DNA from: a virus
Length of the DNA stretch: 41,145 bases
UHGV virus genome: UHGV-0210237
Strand: one strand, 5' to 3'
Part shown: piece by piece, positions 27,037 to 34,282 of the stretch
Layout: the number at the start of each line of letters is the position of its first letter
Position numbering within the stretch: the stretch's first letter is position 1
Program-made: the position numbers and the translations under genes
The notes under the pieces: generated by a model
Told to the model about the DNA's origin: nothing
The model's database searches: none
What the model saw: the letters and a program-made list of their open reading frames with translations, nothing else

Positions 27037-27261
27037 TCACCCCAACTCATATTCACGAACTTCGTATTGATAAAAATAATTTTGTTCCGATAATTCATCA
27101 GCCGTTCGTACAGCATCTTCTTTATTTGCCATTATTGAATAGATGTCCACCATATCTCCAAATGGTTCGATTTCCGGTTGAGGAAACGGATTGTTGCATA
27201 CCATGCTAACCTTGAATCCCTTTTTAATGACTGCATACACTTTTTGTCCTTTAGATGTCAT
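27037..27261 (-). CDS. Hypothetical protein (74 aa).
   Basis: ORF track. Overlaps the HNH gene end by 11 nt. Confidence 0.35.
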   Translation of the reverse strand: MTSKGQKVYAVIKKGFKVSMVCNNPFPQPEIEPFGDMVDIYSIMANKEDAVRTADELSEQNYFYQYEVREYELG

Positions 27262-27829
27262 ACGTCACCCTCAACCTTTCACTATCATATTCAAAACGAT
27301 ATCCGTAATGTGTTTTTTGCCTCTTCTTAAGAACTTGATTAATTCCAGCAACAGGTACTCCTAGCTTTCTTGCACATTCAACTTGTGATGGGAATCTCTT
27401 CGATCTTCCATCTGGATAAATACAAATAATTTTTGTTTTTGCTCTTTGTGTACGAGCTATATAGTTCGGATGTTTTTTTGTTCGCTCGACCTTTGTGCCA
27501 TAACTGTTATTGTAAGAATGTGTGCACCATTCTAAATTTTCTGCTCGGTTATCTGATTTATTTTCATTTTTATGATTAACTTCTTTTAGTTTTTCAGGAT
27601 TAGGCAAGAAACACTCCGCTACAATTCTGTGAATATAAAAATTCTTTCTTGTACCTTCTTTTTTTAATTGAACATACTTATATCCATTCCCGTTGTCTTG
27701 AGGTCGTTTTATCCCTTCCGGTACATAAACTCCACCCGAATTAGTTCTTTCAAGGTATTTTATCCTGCCTAAACTGCTTACTTTATAAATTCCTTCATAT
27801 CCCTTAATGTCTTTCCAAATTTCCTTCAT
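27251..27829 (-). CDS. HNH homing-type endonuclease (NUMOD4 plus HNH_3).
   Basis: N-terminal WKDIKGYEGIYKVSSLGRI (NUMOD4) and HHKNENKSDNRAENLEWCTHSYN (HNH). Lies upstream of terS. Confidence 0.8.
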   Translation of the reverse strand: MKEIWKDIKGYEGIYKVSSLGRIKYLERTNSGGVYVPEGIKRPQDNGNGYKYVQLKKEGTRKNFYIHRIVAECFLPNPEKLKEVNHKNENKSDNRAENLEWCTHSYNNSYGTKVERTKKHPNYIARTQRAKTKIICIYPDGRSKRFPSQVECARKLGVPVAGINQVLKKRQKTHYGYRFEYDSERLRVTYDI

Positions 27830-27936
27830 AACTACTGTCTCCTTTAGTTATTCGTCTCTAAGCAAAATAAGCACAAACAGGAGTGAGACGACTCTCTTCG
27901 GGAGCTACCCTAGTTTGTGCAAAATTAAAAGGCTAC
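27830..27936 (-). terminator. Structured intergenic element: nested inverted repeats followed by a U-rich tract on the minus-strand transcript (candidate terminator or attenuator before the HNH gene).
   Basis: GCACAAAC…GTTTGTGC (8 bp) encloses TCGTCTC…GAGACGA and CTCTC-TTCG-GGAG. On the minus strand UUAUUUUGCUU follows. Confidence 0.35.
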
Positions 27937-29178
27937 CTACACATCGTAAGTAACCTTCAATTCATCATTATTAAATTCAAATATCTGTAATTTCTTTCTA
28001 CTGGTTGTATAACCGTTTTTTACTTCGTAGTAATCGCTTTTCTTCAAAGTAGAAAGTTGCCTAACAGTTACGCCGTCTTTATCTTGTACAGGAACTGTAA
28101 CTTCCTTTTTCTCACTATGAAAATGACCTACAAAGTATTCTCTTGTTTTGGCAATACCCCAGAGGTGTGGAAACTCAGTTGCTAAGAGCATAGGCAAGTT
28201 TTTCCTAGCTAAGTCACCATGAGCTATGCCTATAAGAACATTGTCTAGCATATAAGCTTTTCGGTGAGCTAAACTACAATCAAATTCTATTTCATTTCCT
28301 TTTAAAATAGCTTGTAGATACTGCATGAACATATAGGAGATACTCAAATCGTGATTGCCAGGAACGTAATATACTCGAACTTCCTTTGAGTGCTTCAAGG
28401 CTTCATGCACCATCGGTTCAATGTACTGCTTCAAATCCTCAATAGCCTTAACCATGTCAACCTCGTCAACTAGTGTTCCTTTTGTTGTAAACGGATTGAC
28501 CATGCTGTCGTTATGAACTAAATCCCCAATAATATTGAAAGAAATCGTTTTGTAACCCTTATTAATAATCTCAATAATTTCATCTTGAGCTGGCTTCATG
28601 TACTCGTAGTCAATAATACCCATGTGAATATCAGTTAAATTAATGACTAAATTTCTGATACCTGTTTTAATTGGTTCAACCTTTATAGGCTTTATTCCTT
28701 TTTTGATTGCTACTAAGATATCCTTGGAGTTACTTTGCATCTTCGGTCTAACAACTATCTTAGATTGATAAAGCTGTATAAGTCCATCTACTTGGTTGTT
28801 CTGTTCCCAAATGTTGTTAGTCGCTTGGACCAGTTCCCAATTTTCTGGATCATAACCATGTGCTTGTAATACATAATCAGGATTCTTTGACTGTTCTTCA
28901 GTCATACGCAGCTTGATAAGGTTTGTCTGAGTACCATCTGATTTGATTTCTGTAGATACTACATTCTTCTTAGCCTTATCTGTTTGCTTAACACGCATAT
29001 TCTTTTCGCTCGGTGGCAAACCCAACCTGGCACGTTTGCTTCTAACGCTTGGCCATGAAAACTCTTCACCGAACTCCTCTGACAGCACAGGCGCTATCTC
29101 AATATTTGTTAGCCCTTCGTTTGCCAATTCCGACAATCGCTTGACCTGCTGTTCCGTCCATTTAGTAATGTCTGCCAC
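27937..29178 (-). CDS. Fusion protein: N-terminal HTH (sigma-70 region-4/terminase-small-like) plus C-terminal calcineurin-like metallophosphoesterase.
   Basis: N-terminus QVKRLSELANEGLTNIEIAPVLS. C-terminal motifs in order LTDIHMG (DxH), IIGDLVHND (GDxxH/D), VPGNHD (GNHD), GIAHGD, VGHFHSE (GHxH). Confidence 0.55.
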   Translation of the reverse strand: MADITKWTEQQVKRLSELANEGLTNIEIAPVLSEEFGEEFSWPSVRSKRARLGLPPSEKNMRVKQTDKAKKNVVSTEIKSDGTQTNLIKLRMTEEQSKNPDYVLQAHGYDPENWELVQATNNIWEQNNQVDGLIQLYQSKIVVRPKMQSNSKDILVAIKKGIKPIKVEPIKTGIRNLVINLTDIHMGIIDYEYMKPAQDEIIEIINKGYKTISFNIIGDLVHNDSMVNPFTTKGTLVDEVDMVKAIEDLKQYIEPMVHEALKHSKEVRVYYVPGNHDLSISYMFMQYLQAILKGNEIEFDCSLAHRKAYMLDNVLIGIAHGDLARKNLPMLLATEFPHLWGIAKTREYFVGHFHSEKKEVTVPVQDKDGVTVRQLSTLKKSDYYEVKNGYTTSRKKLQIFEFNNDELKVTYDV

Positions 29179-29229
29179 CTCGCTTCATCCAAAATAAGAA
29201 GCCACTCGCTACGAGTGACTTCTTAGATA

Positions 29230-29421
29230 CTAACTATTATTCCGAATAACCTTCAAGTTCTCTTCTAGACTTACATTCAAGGAATGAATAAAATCTATTT
29301 CTCTGGGAAATATCAACAATCCATTCCTGACAATAACTTTATTGTTAGGATGTGCTTTTAAATAAGCAACTAACTCTTTAGAAGCTTTCCTGAGTCTTAA
29401 CATTTGATTATTCATATACAT
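29230..29421 (-). CDS. Hypothetical protein (63 aa).
   Basis: ORF track. AAAGGAG SD. Confidence 0.4.
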   Translation of the reverse strand: MYMNNQMLRLRKASKELVAYLKAHPNNKVIVRNGLLIFPREIDFIHSLNVSLEENLKVIRNNS

Positions 29422-29635
29422 TCTCCTTTGGAAATATTTAGTAACGGTTTATCCGTCCTATAATATGTCCCCTCAAGAAGAATAACCTGTCCCACGGATA
29501 ATTACGAAACTAAATACTATCGCCCACAGAATAATTTTTACGTGTCAAAAGGAGGTTGAATGCCGATGTGCTCGTGGGCGATATCTGATAATACTAATTT
29601 ACCACGTTCTCAGTGCCTAAAATTCCGCAAATCGT
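29422..29635 (-). promoter_or_regulatory. Long structured intergenic region downstream of the ArpU-like gene, holding two separate stem-loops. Candidate late-operon control region.
   Basis: ATCGCCCAC…GTGGGCGAT (9-10 bp arms, about 46-nt loop) and TATCCGT…ACGGATA (7 bp arms, about 36-nt loop). Confidence 0.35.
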
Positions 29636-30049
29636 TCATAAATCAAGCATCATGTCTAACTCTTCAAAAAATCTGTTCCGATATTCAAATGCTTTTGTTT
29701 TGCCACACTTTATCTGGAAACTATCAACCAACCCTTGCATAGTGTATTGCGGAAATCGTTTGATATACAACTCTCGAATGATCGTCTCAGTGTCACTGCC
29801 GCACTCATCGAGAAGTTCTTGTACAATCTGCTTATTGCGTTTCAATCGCCGAATCTGCTTATCCGTCTCGATGGTCCACAATGTGCCGAACATCAAATCG
29901 CTGTCGCTTCTTGTTCCCTTGATGTCCCCGTTAACATCCTCTTCACGATACGGAACCCGAATCTCTTCTTCAAGCTTTCTGACGTACTTATCCGTATCTC
30001 GGTAATCTTTCAACACTGCCTTGACTCGTTCAACACGCCATTTCTCCAA
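29636..30049 (-). CDS. ArpU-family phage late transcriptional activator (sigma-like).
   Basis: 137 aa, TTG start. C-terminal ETIIRELYIKRFPQYTMQGLVDSFQIKCGKTKAFEYRNRFFEEL resembles the ArpU/RinA-type HTH. Position is between the replication and packaging modules. Confidence 0.55.
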   Translation of the reverse strand: MEKWRVERVKAVLKDYRDTDKYVRKLEEEIRVPYREEDVNGDIKGTRSDSDLMFGTLWTIETDKQIRRLKRNKQIVQELLDECGSDTETIIRELYIKRFPQYTMQGLVDSFQIKCGKTKAFEYRNRFFEELDMMLDL

Positions 30050-30151
30050 TCACTTGCCCTCCTCATTGTCCAAACTCTTACCAACCACTACACCTACGAA
30101 TATAATCACAACAATTGTCACGAATCCTAACACTATAAAAGTCATAGTCAT
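30050..30151 (-). CDS. Possible 33-aa single-TMD micro-protein (MTMTFIVLGFVTIVVIIFVGVVVGKSLDNEEGK).
   Basis: Found by manual translation. Its TGA stop abuts the ArpU TTG start. Confidence 0.2.
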   Translation of the reverse strand: MTMTFIVLGFVTIVVIIFVGVVVGKSLDNEEGK

Positions 30152-30158
30152 CCACCAC

Positions 30159-30404
30159 CTACAAAATAGCCTTGATTTTCTTCAGCTGCTTTTTCTTGAT
30201 TCTGTATCTTTTTGTCCTACGATAGATTTGATGATACTTCTTGACTCTTGGATCTCTTGATTGTTTGATTCTAATATTTAGAACAGCTTCATCCATCGAA
30301 GCACCGAATAGCCTAAAAGCATTCGATATACTGTTTACTATTTCTTCAATTGATCCGCGGGACCAATTAAGTAGCCTTTGACTAGTCTCATCTGATGCCA
30401 TCAT
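30159..30404 (-). CDS. Hypothetical basic protein (81 aa).
   Basis: ORF track. Confidence 0.35.
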   Translation of the reverse strand: MMASDETSQRLLNWSRGSIEEIVNSISNAFRLFGASMDEAVLNIRIKQSRDPRVKKYHQIYRRTKRYRIKKKQLKKIKAIL

Positions 30405-30593
30405 TCATCCACCCGCTTCCATCGCATCCCGTGCTAACGGATCATTCTTGATAATTTCATACTTCCTTTGCACTTCTTGCAACTGCTGTTCTAGCTGCTC
30501 AATTTGCTTCTGTTGGTCCACAATTGTATAGGATAGCCAACTTGTGGCTGAAATCGCTGCTAGTAATAATACAAGGATAATTTTACGATTCAT
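30405..30593 (-). CDS. Small TMD plus coiled-coil protein. The track ORF begins at 30635; start MNRK at 30593 is preferred.
   Basis: IILVLLLAAISATSWLSYTIV followed by QQKQIEQLEQQLQEVQRKYE. Confidence 0.35.
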   Translation of the reverse strand: MNRKIILVLLLAAISATSWLSYTIVDQQKQIEQLEQQLQEVQRKYEIIKNDPLARDAMEAGG

Positions 30594-31026
30594 TGGCTTT
30601 CTCCAATAGTTCTGGGTTTTCGTGGACATTGCCAATGACTTCCATATGTTTTGCCATAGAACCGCCGTTTTGATCTAATACCAAGCTGGGCAAACCTTTG
30701 AAAGTTGTTTTAAAACAAGCGCCGTCACGCACAATGGATGTTATCGCATAGGTTGGTTCAATGTCTTCAGCAAAATCATCTGTAAATTTGTTAATGTTCG
30801 AGAATTTCTTTACCAAATCCCCCTCAAAAATATCCACGCCGTTCTTGTCTTTCAAGCCAGTGAATTGACCAACCGTTTTTGGGTCAACTTCATAGGCAAA
30901 AGGAAAGCCAACGCTGTTAGAAATATATGTCCCTGGCTCTACACCAGCTCTTTTATCGGTTACCACACTAACATAACCAACTACTAGAAGACCTTTGATT
31001 GTTTTACCTCTATATTTTGGTACCAT
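30583..31026 (-). CDS. YopX-family protein.
   Basis: GQFTGLKDKNGVDIFEGDLVKK matches the conserved YopX core. 147 aa. Confidence 0.65.
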   Translation of the reverse strand: MVPKYRGKTIKGLLVVGYVSVVTDKRAGVEPGTYISNSVGFPFAYEVDPKTVGQFTGLKDKNGVDIFEGDLVKKFSNINKFTDDFAEDIEPTYAITSIVRDGACFKTTFKGLPSLVLDQNGGSMAKHMEVIGNVHENPELLEKANES

Positions 31027-31064
31027 CTTATCCCTCCTGTTTGCTATCGCTGACGATCACAAAA

Positions 31065-31319
31065 TTAATCAACGTCTTCATTATCAAACATTTCGTCTAT
31101 TACATTTTCCAGATGTTTTGCTTGTTGGTATGCAAAACTCAATGCAACCCTTCGACTTATATAATGCTGTTCCAGCTTCATTCTGTTCCGTTGATACCAT
31201 TTCACTTTTCCTGAATTTCTGATTGCTGTTTCTCCCTCACTAGAAGCTCTACACTCGCAACTTAAAGCAGATACTAAATTTTGTATTTCTTTTTTTAGTT
31301 GTTTTAAATTATTGTCCAA
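31065..31319 (-). CDS. Hypothetical protein (84 aa).
   Basis: ORF track. Confidence 0.4.
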   Translation of the reverse strand: MDNNLKQLKKEIQNLVSALSCECRASSEGETAIRNSGKVKWYQRNRMKLEQHYISRRVALSFAYQQAKHLENVIDEMFDNEDVD

Positions 31320-31362
31320 TGTTTTACCCCTCCTGTTTTACTGGTGTGTGCAGTTTTCGCAT

Positions 31363-31536
31363 CAACTATTTCCATTTTGGAAAGAGTTCAATCTTGCTTT
31401 TAATTCTTCCAAATCCGTTTCAGCATAACTTCTATTTCCATGCCATTGTCTGATGAACTCTTGATCGTTGGTTTCTAATGCTCTTTCGATTGCAACAATT
31501 TTATTTTTTATTATCTTTTCGCTTGTTTTGCTCATC
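31363..31536 (-). CDS. Hypothetical small protein (57 aa).
   Basis: Found by manual translation as MSKTSEKIIKNKIVAIERALETNDQEF…SFQNGNS. AAAGGAG SD 8 nt upstream. Confidence 0.35.
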
Positions 31537-31578
31537 TACCCTACTCCTTTGGTATTTTCCATTTTGGAAATAGCCACA

Positions 31579-31782
31579 TTATTGGCATCTTTTCAGAAAT
31601 TCATTTTCAAACAATACTGTATTTGCATTAAACCAATTAGCTATCTCTAAATCATTACCAGAAAGCCAATGAGTTCCATTTATTAACCATTCAACATCCG
31701 CATCATACAAATCGTGTAAAGACGAGTATTGGCTAGAAAGTCTATTCATTTCCTCAATTACCACGCTAGGAATTTTTATCAT
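31579..31782 (-). CDS. Hypothetical protein (67 aa).
   Basis: ORF track. Preceded by the repeated 29-bp initiation-region element. Confidence 0.4.
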   Translation of the reverse strand: MIKIPSVVIEEMNRLSSQYSSLHDLYDADVEWLINGTHWLSGNDLEIANWFNANTVLFENEFLKRCQ

Positions 31783-31813
31783 TCTTATTCCTCCTGTTTG
31801 CTATCGCTGACGA

Positions 31814-32128
31814 CTACTGACTCAATATCTCGACCGTTGCACCTGCAAAATTGCCTTTCTTCAAAGGTATCTGCAATCTGCATGCTCGATCCAAAGTCCA
31901 CTTGTTCAGCCCTGACATCTCTGCGGCTTCACGCTGTGTGCTGAATTTTTTGACTTCACCATCTGGAAAAGTAAATCTGACTGGTGTTGAGTTGTATCTA
32001 TTCTGCTTTGGTCGATCGTAACTCTTTCCCCATAAAGCTTTTCTCAAAACTCTGATTTCGTCTTCATCAGCACCTGGCGTATTAACTAACTTTTCCAACC
32101 GATACAAATCTTCTTTGTTAGCCATCAT
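31814..32128 (-). CDS. Small DNA-binding protein with a NUMOD1-like HTH.
   Basis: VRFTFPDGEVKKFSTQREAAEMSGLNKWTLDRACR resembles NUMOD1-type DNA-binding modules. Confidence 0.35.
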   Translation of the reverse strand: MMANKEDLYRLEKLVNTPGADEDEIRVLRKALWGKSYDRPKQNRYNSTPVRFTFPDGEVKKFSTQREAAEMSGLNKWTLDRACRLQIPLKKGNFAGATVEILSQ

Positions 32129-32391
32129 TCCACCCTCTTCATATTTCGCAATTTAACTACTGTCCGATCGCTGCCAAACGTCACAATAGCTGAGTTCTCA
32201 AGCACTTTTACACACACTGCTTTGAAAGGTGTTTTAAAACGTTCGGTCACGCACCAATACTCGATACCTGCTTTTACTCTCCGTTGCTTTCTGACTACAC
32301 GTGGTGGTGGGCTATACTTACCGTCTTGAACGCCTGTTACTGTGTCTGCTAGTTTCATTTGTCTTCCTCCACTGGTACTGCGAATGCCCAA
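32125..32391 (-). CDS. Hypothetical protein (88 aa; probably starts at the internal M at 32358).
   Basis: ORF track. Basic and Pro-rich N-terminus. Confidence 0.35.
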   Translation of the reverse strand: MGIRSTSGGRQMKLADTVTGVQDGKYSPPPRVVRKQRRVKAGIEYWCVTERFKTPFKAVCVKVLENSAIVTFGSDRTVVKLRNMKRVE

Positions 32392-32888
32392 TATCTTTCA
32401 TCGATTGCTTTTATTTCTGATTCAGTAAATGTTGATCCGCTTGTAGTATTTTGAAATATCACTAAATCCCCATTATCAGCTTTAGTTAGATATGCGCCCC
32501 ATGATGTTCCGGGAAGTTCAATTTGATATAGTGGTTCTTTCTCCACCTCATACTCACCTGTCACAAAAGCTTGAACTGCAAGGAGATATCTTCTGTCATT
32601 TTCTTCTGTGTCGTTGTCGTACAGCCATTTATTAACTTCATCGCCCAATTTATCTGCACTATCATGCAACCATTCTTCACTAAAAATATCAGATGCACAT
32701 TCACCTTTATTTTCTTGAATATATTTATCTAAAAACTGCGGCACTGTCACTTTTGGTTGTTCAGCTAGCTGTCTAACCTTGTCTACAATCATGAGTTTTT
32801 GTTGAATCAGCATTCTTTCCGGACTGTTGTAATCCAAATCTGAATAAGTAATTTTTTTAATGTCATCTATCAATTCTTGTTTGTTCAT
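32355..32888 (-). CDS. Hypothetical phage protein (177 aa from ATG 32888; the track ORF extends to 32939).
   Basis: GGAGGA SD 6 nt before ATG 32888. Confidence 0.45.
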   Translation of the reverse strand: MNKQELIDDIKKITYSDLDYNSPERMLIQQKLMIVDKVRQLAEQPKVTVPQFLDKYIQENKGECASDIFSEEWLHDSADKLGDEVNKWLYDNDTEENDRRYLLAVQAFVTGEYEVEKEPLYQIELPGTSWGAYLTKADNGDLVIFQNTTSGSTFTESEIKAIDERYWAFAVPVEEDK

Positions 32889-33063
32889 CTTTACTCCTCC
32901 GTTCCATTTCTTCACAAATCCATTTTTCGCGAAAATCAAATCGCCTTTGCACGCTCCGAACGATTTTTAGTTGTGCTATTAACTCTTTATCCGATAGTTT
33001 GCGTATGCTTTCTTGTGTTGGCGTCATCTGCTCACCTCTTAATACTGATAGTGATTTTCCCAA
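32863..33063 (-). CDS. Hypothetical protein (66 aa).
   Basis: ORF track. Confidence 0.3.
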   Translation of the reverse strand: MGKSLSVLRGEQMTPTQESIRKLSDKELIAQLKIVRSVQRRFDFREKWICEEMERRSKDEQTRIDR

Positions 33064-33141
33064 TAAAATACGGTGTAAATCCCCTCGTTGCGTACGATCG
33101 CTTGTATATCGTTTTGTTTTATTTTTCTGTTGTTAATGAAT

Positions 33142-33672
33142 TTAGTTAACGAGCTCGCCTTTAAAAATTCCGCCTGTTTCAATTCCATATCTGCTCACCT
33201 CCCAAAACGGAAGGTCTTGACTATCGATATCAATAGACGAGTTGCCAAACGGGTCTGAATCATCGTTGTTGCGGTTTGGTTGGTTGCGAGTGTAATTATT
33301 CGTTCGACTATTTGAAACGCCGCCACCTTGTGTATTTTGGCTAGAATCGGCTTTCTTGCTTTCTAGCAACTGGAAGTTGTCCGCAATCACTTCGGTGACA
33401 TAAACTTTTTGCCCTTGTTGGTTATCGTAAGATCGAGTTTGAATCCGCCCTGTTACTCCGATCAACACGCCTTTTTTCGCATAGTTCGCTAATGTTTCAG
33501 CTGGCTTTCTCCAAATAACACAATTGATGAAGTCCGCTTCTCGCTCTCCGCTCTGATTCGTGAAGTTGCGATTCACAGCTAATGTGAAGGTGGCAACTGC
33601 AGTTCCGTTACCTGTATATTTCAAATCTGGATCTTTCGTTAGTCTTCCGACAAGTACCACGTTGTTTATCAT
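33142..33672 (-). CDS. ssb: Single-stranded DNA-binding protein.
   Basis: OB-fold N-terminus ([20 protein letters not shown]…). Gly/Asn/Gln-rich tail. Acidic C-terminus [11 protein letters not shown]. Confidence 0.9.
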   Translation of the reverse strand: MINNVVLVGRLTKDPDLKYTGNGTAVATFTLAVNRNFTNQSGEREADFINCVIWRKPAETLANYAKKGVLIGVTGRIQTRSYDNQQGQKVYVTEVIADNFQLLESKKADSSQNTQGGGVSNSRTNNYTRNQPNRNNDDSDPFGNSSIDIDSQDLPFWEVSRYGIETGGIFKGELVN

Positions 33673-33953
33673 TTTTCTTCCTCCAATTCAATTTCAATCC
33701 TGGGGCAATCCTTATCCACTTCAAACCGATGTTCAAAGTTGGCAATCTCGCCCCATCCATCATTTGCGATCACTCTCGCTTCAATCATGCCGTCCAAAAT
33801 AAACTTGATCCCGAAGGCAATGTTGTCTTTGTCCTTGCGCTTATTCTTGCAGTACCAAGTGATTTTCAAGTTGATCGGCGTTGTCACTCTCAGCCCTTCC
33901 GCTTTCGCCATCAGAAAAGCATAACAACATTTTTCTGTGTTCTCCTTTTTCAA
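33669..33953 (-). CDS. rusA: RusA-family Holliday-junction resolvase. The TTG start at 33953 truncates the conserved N-terminus; the frame is open upstream to 34079 with no canonical start.
   Basis: [16 protein letters not shown]…ANDGWGEI matches the RusA DxDN…DAL…DD core. The upstream in-frame sequence encodes ITIPGELTDLN…RTNRYAGAK, equivalent to the RusA N-terminal strand. Confidence 0.6.
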   Translation of the reverse strand: MKKENTEKCCYAFLMAKAEGLRVTTPINLKITWYCKNKRKDKDNIAFGIKFILDGMIEARVIANDGWGEIANFEHRFEVDKDCPRIEIELEEEK

Positions 33954-34033
33954 CTTGGCTCCTGCATATCGGTTTGTCCGCTGGCTATTGATGAACTTGT
34001 TCAGGTCCGTCAGCTCTCCTGGTATCGTAATAA

Positions 34034-34282
34034 TCAGAACATTCCCCTCGCTTTCAAGTATCGTTGTGCGATTTGTTCTCTAGTTTCATTGCCTTTCATG
34101 ATAGGATGTCCTTTTTTCTTTTCTTCTTCTGCAACTTCGATAGCTACCCATTTTGCTTCCTCGGCCTTATCTAGCATTCCGCATTGCTCAAAAGTCTTGA
34201 CTTGCGATTCAATTGTTCGAACCAAGTCCGATCGCACAAGGCCGTTTTCTTTGAAGATAGCCAGATATGTTTGCCCGTCCAT
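34034..34282 (-). CDS. Hypothetical protein (82 aa).
   Basis: ORF track. Its 3' end overlaps the RusA N-terminal coding region in another frame. Confidence 0.4.
   Translation of the reverse strand: MDGQTYLAIFKENGLVRSDLVRTIESQVKTFEQCGMLDKAEEAKWVAIEVAEEEKKKGHPIMKGNETREQIAQRYLKARGMF

Noticed and set aside
29560-29742. A 60-codon plus-strand ORF with a very strong SD (AAGGAGG-N5-ATG).
   Set aside because: It is antisense to the ArpU-like gene over 107 nt and lies inside a stem-loop. It is kept as part of the structured-region finding, not called as a gene.
34034-34060. Programmed -1 frameshift fusing the 82-aa ORF to RusA.
   Set aside because: The frames are -1 related, but there is no X_XXY_YYZ slippery heptamer at the overlap (…AGG GGA ATG TTC TGA). 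A non-canonical start or a sequence error is more likely.
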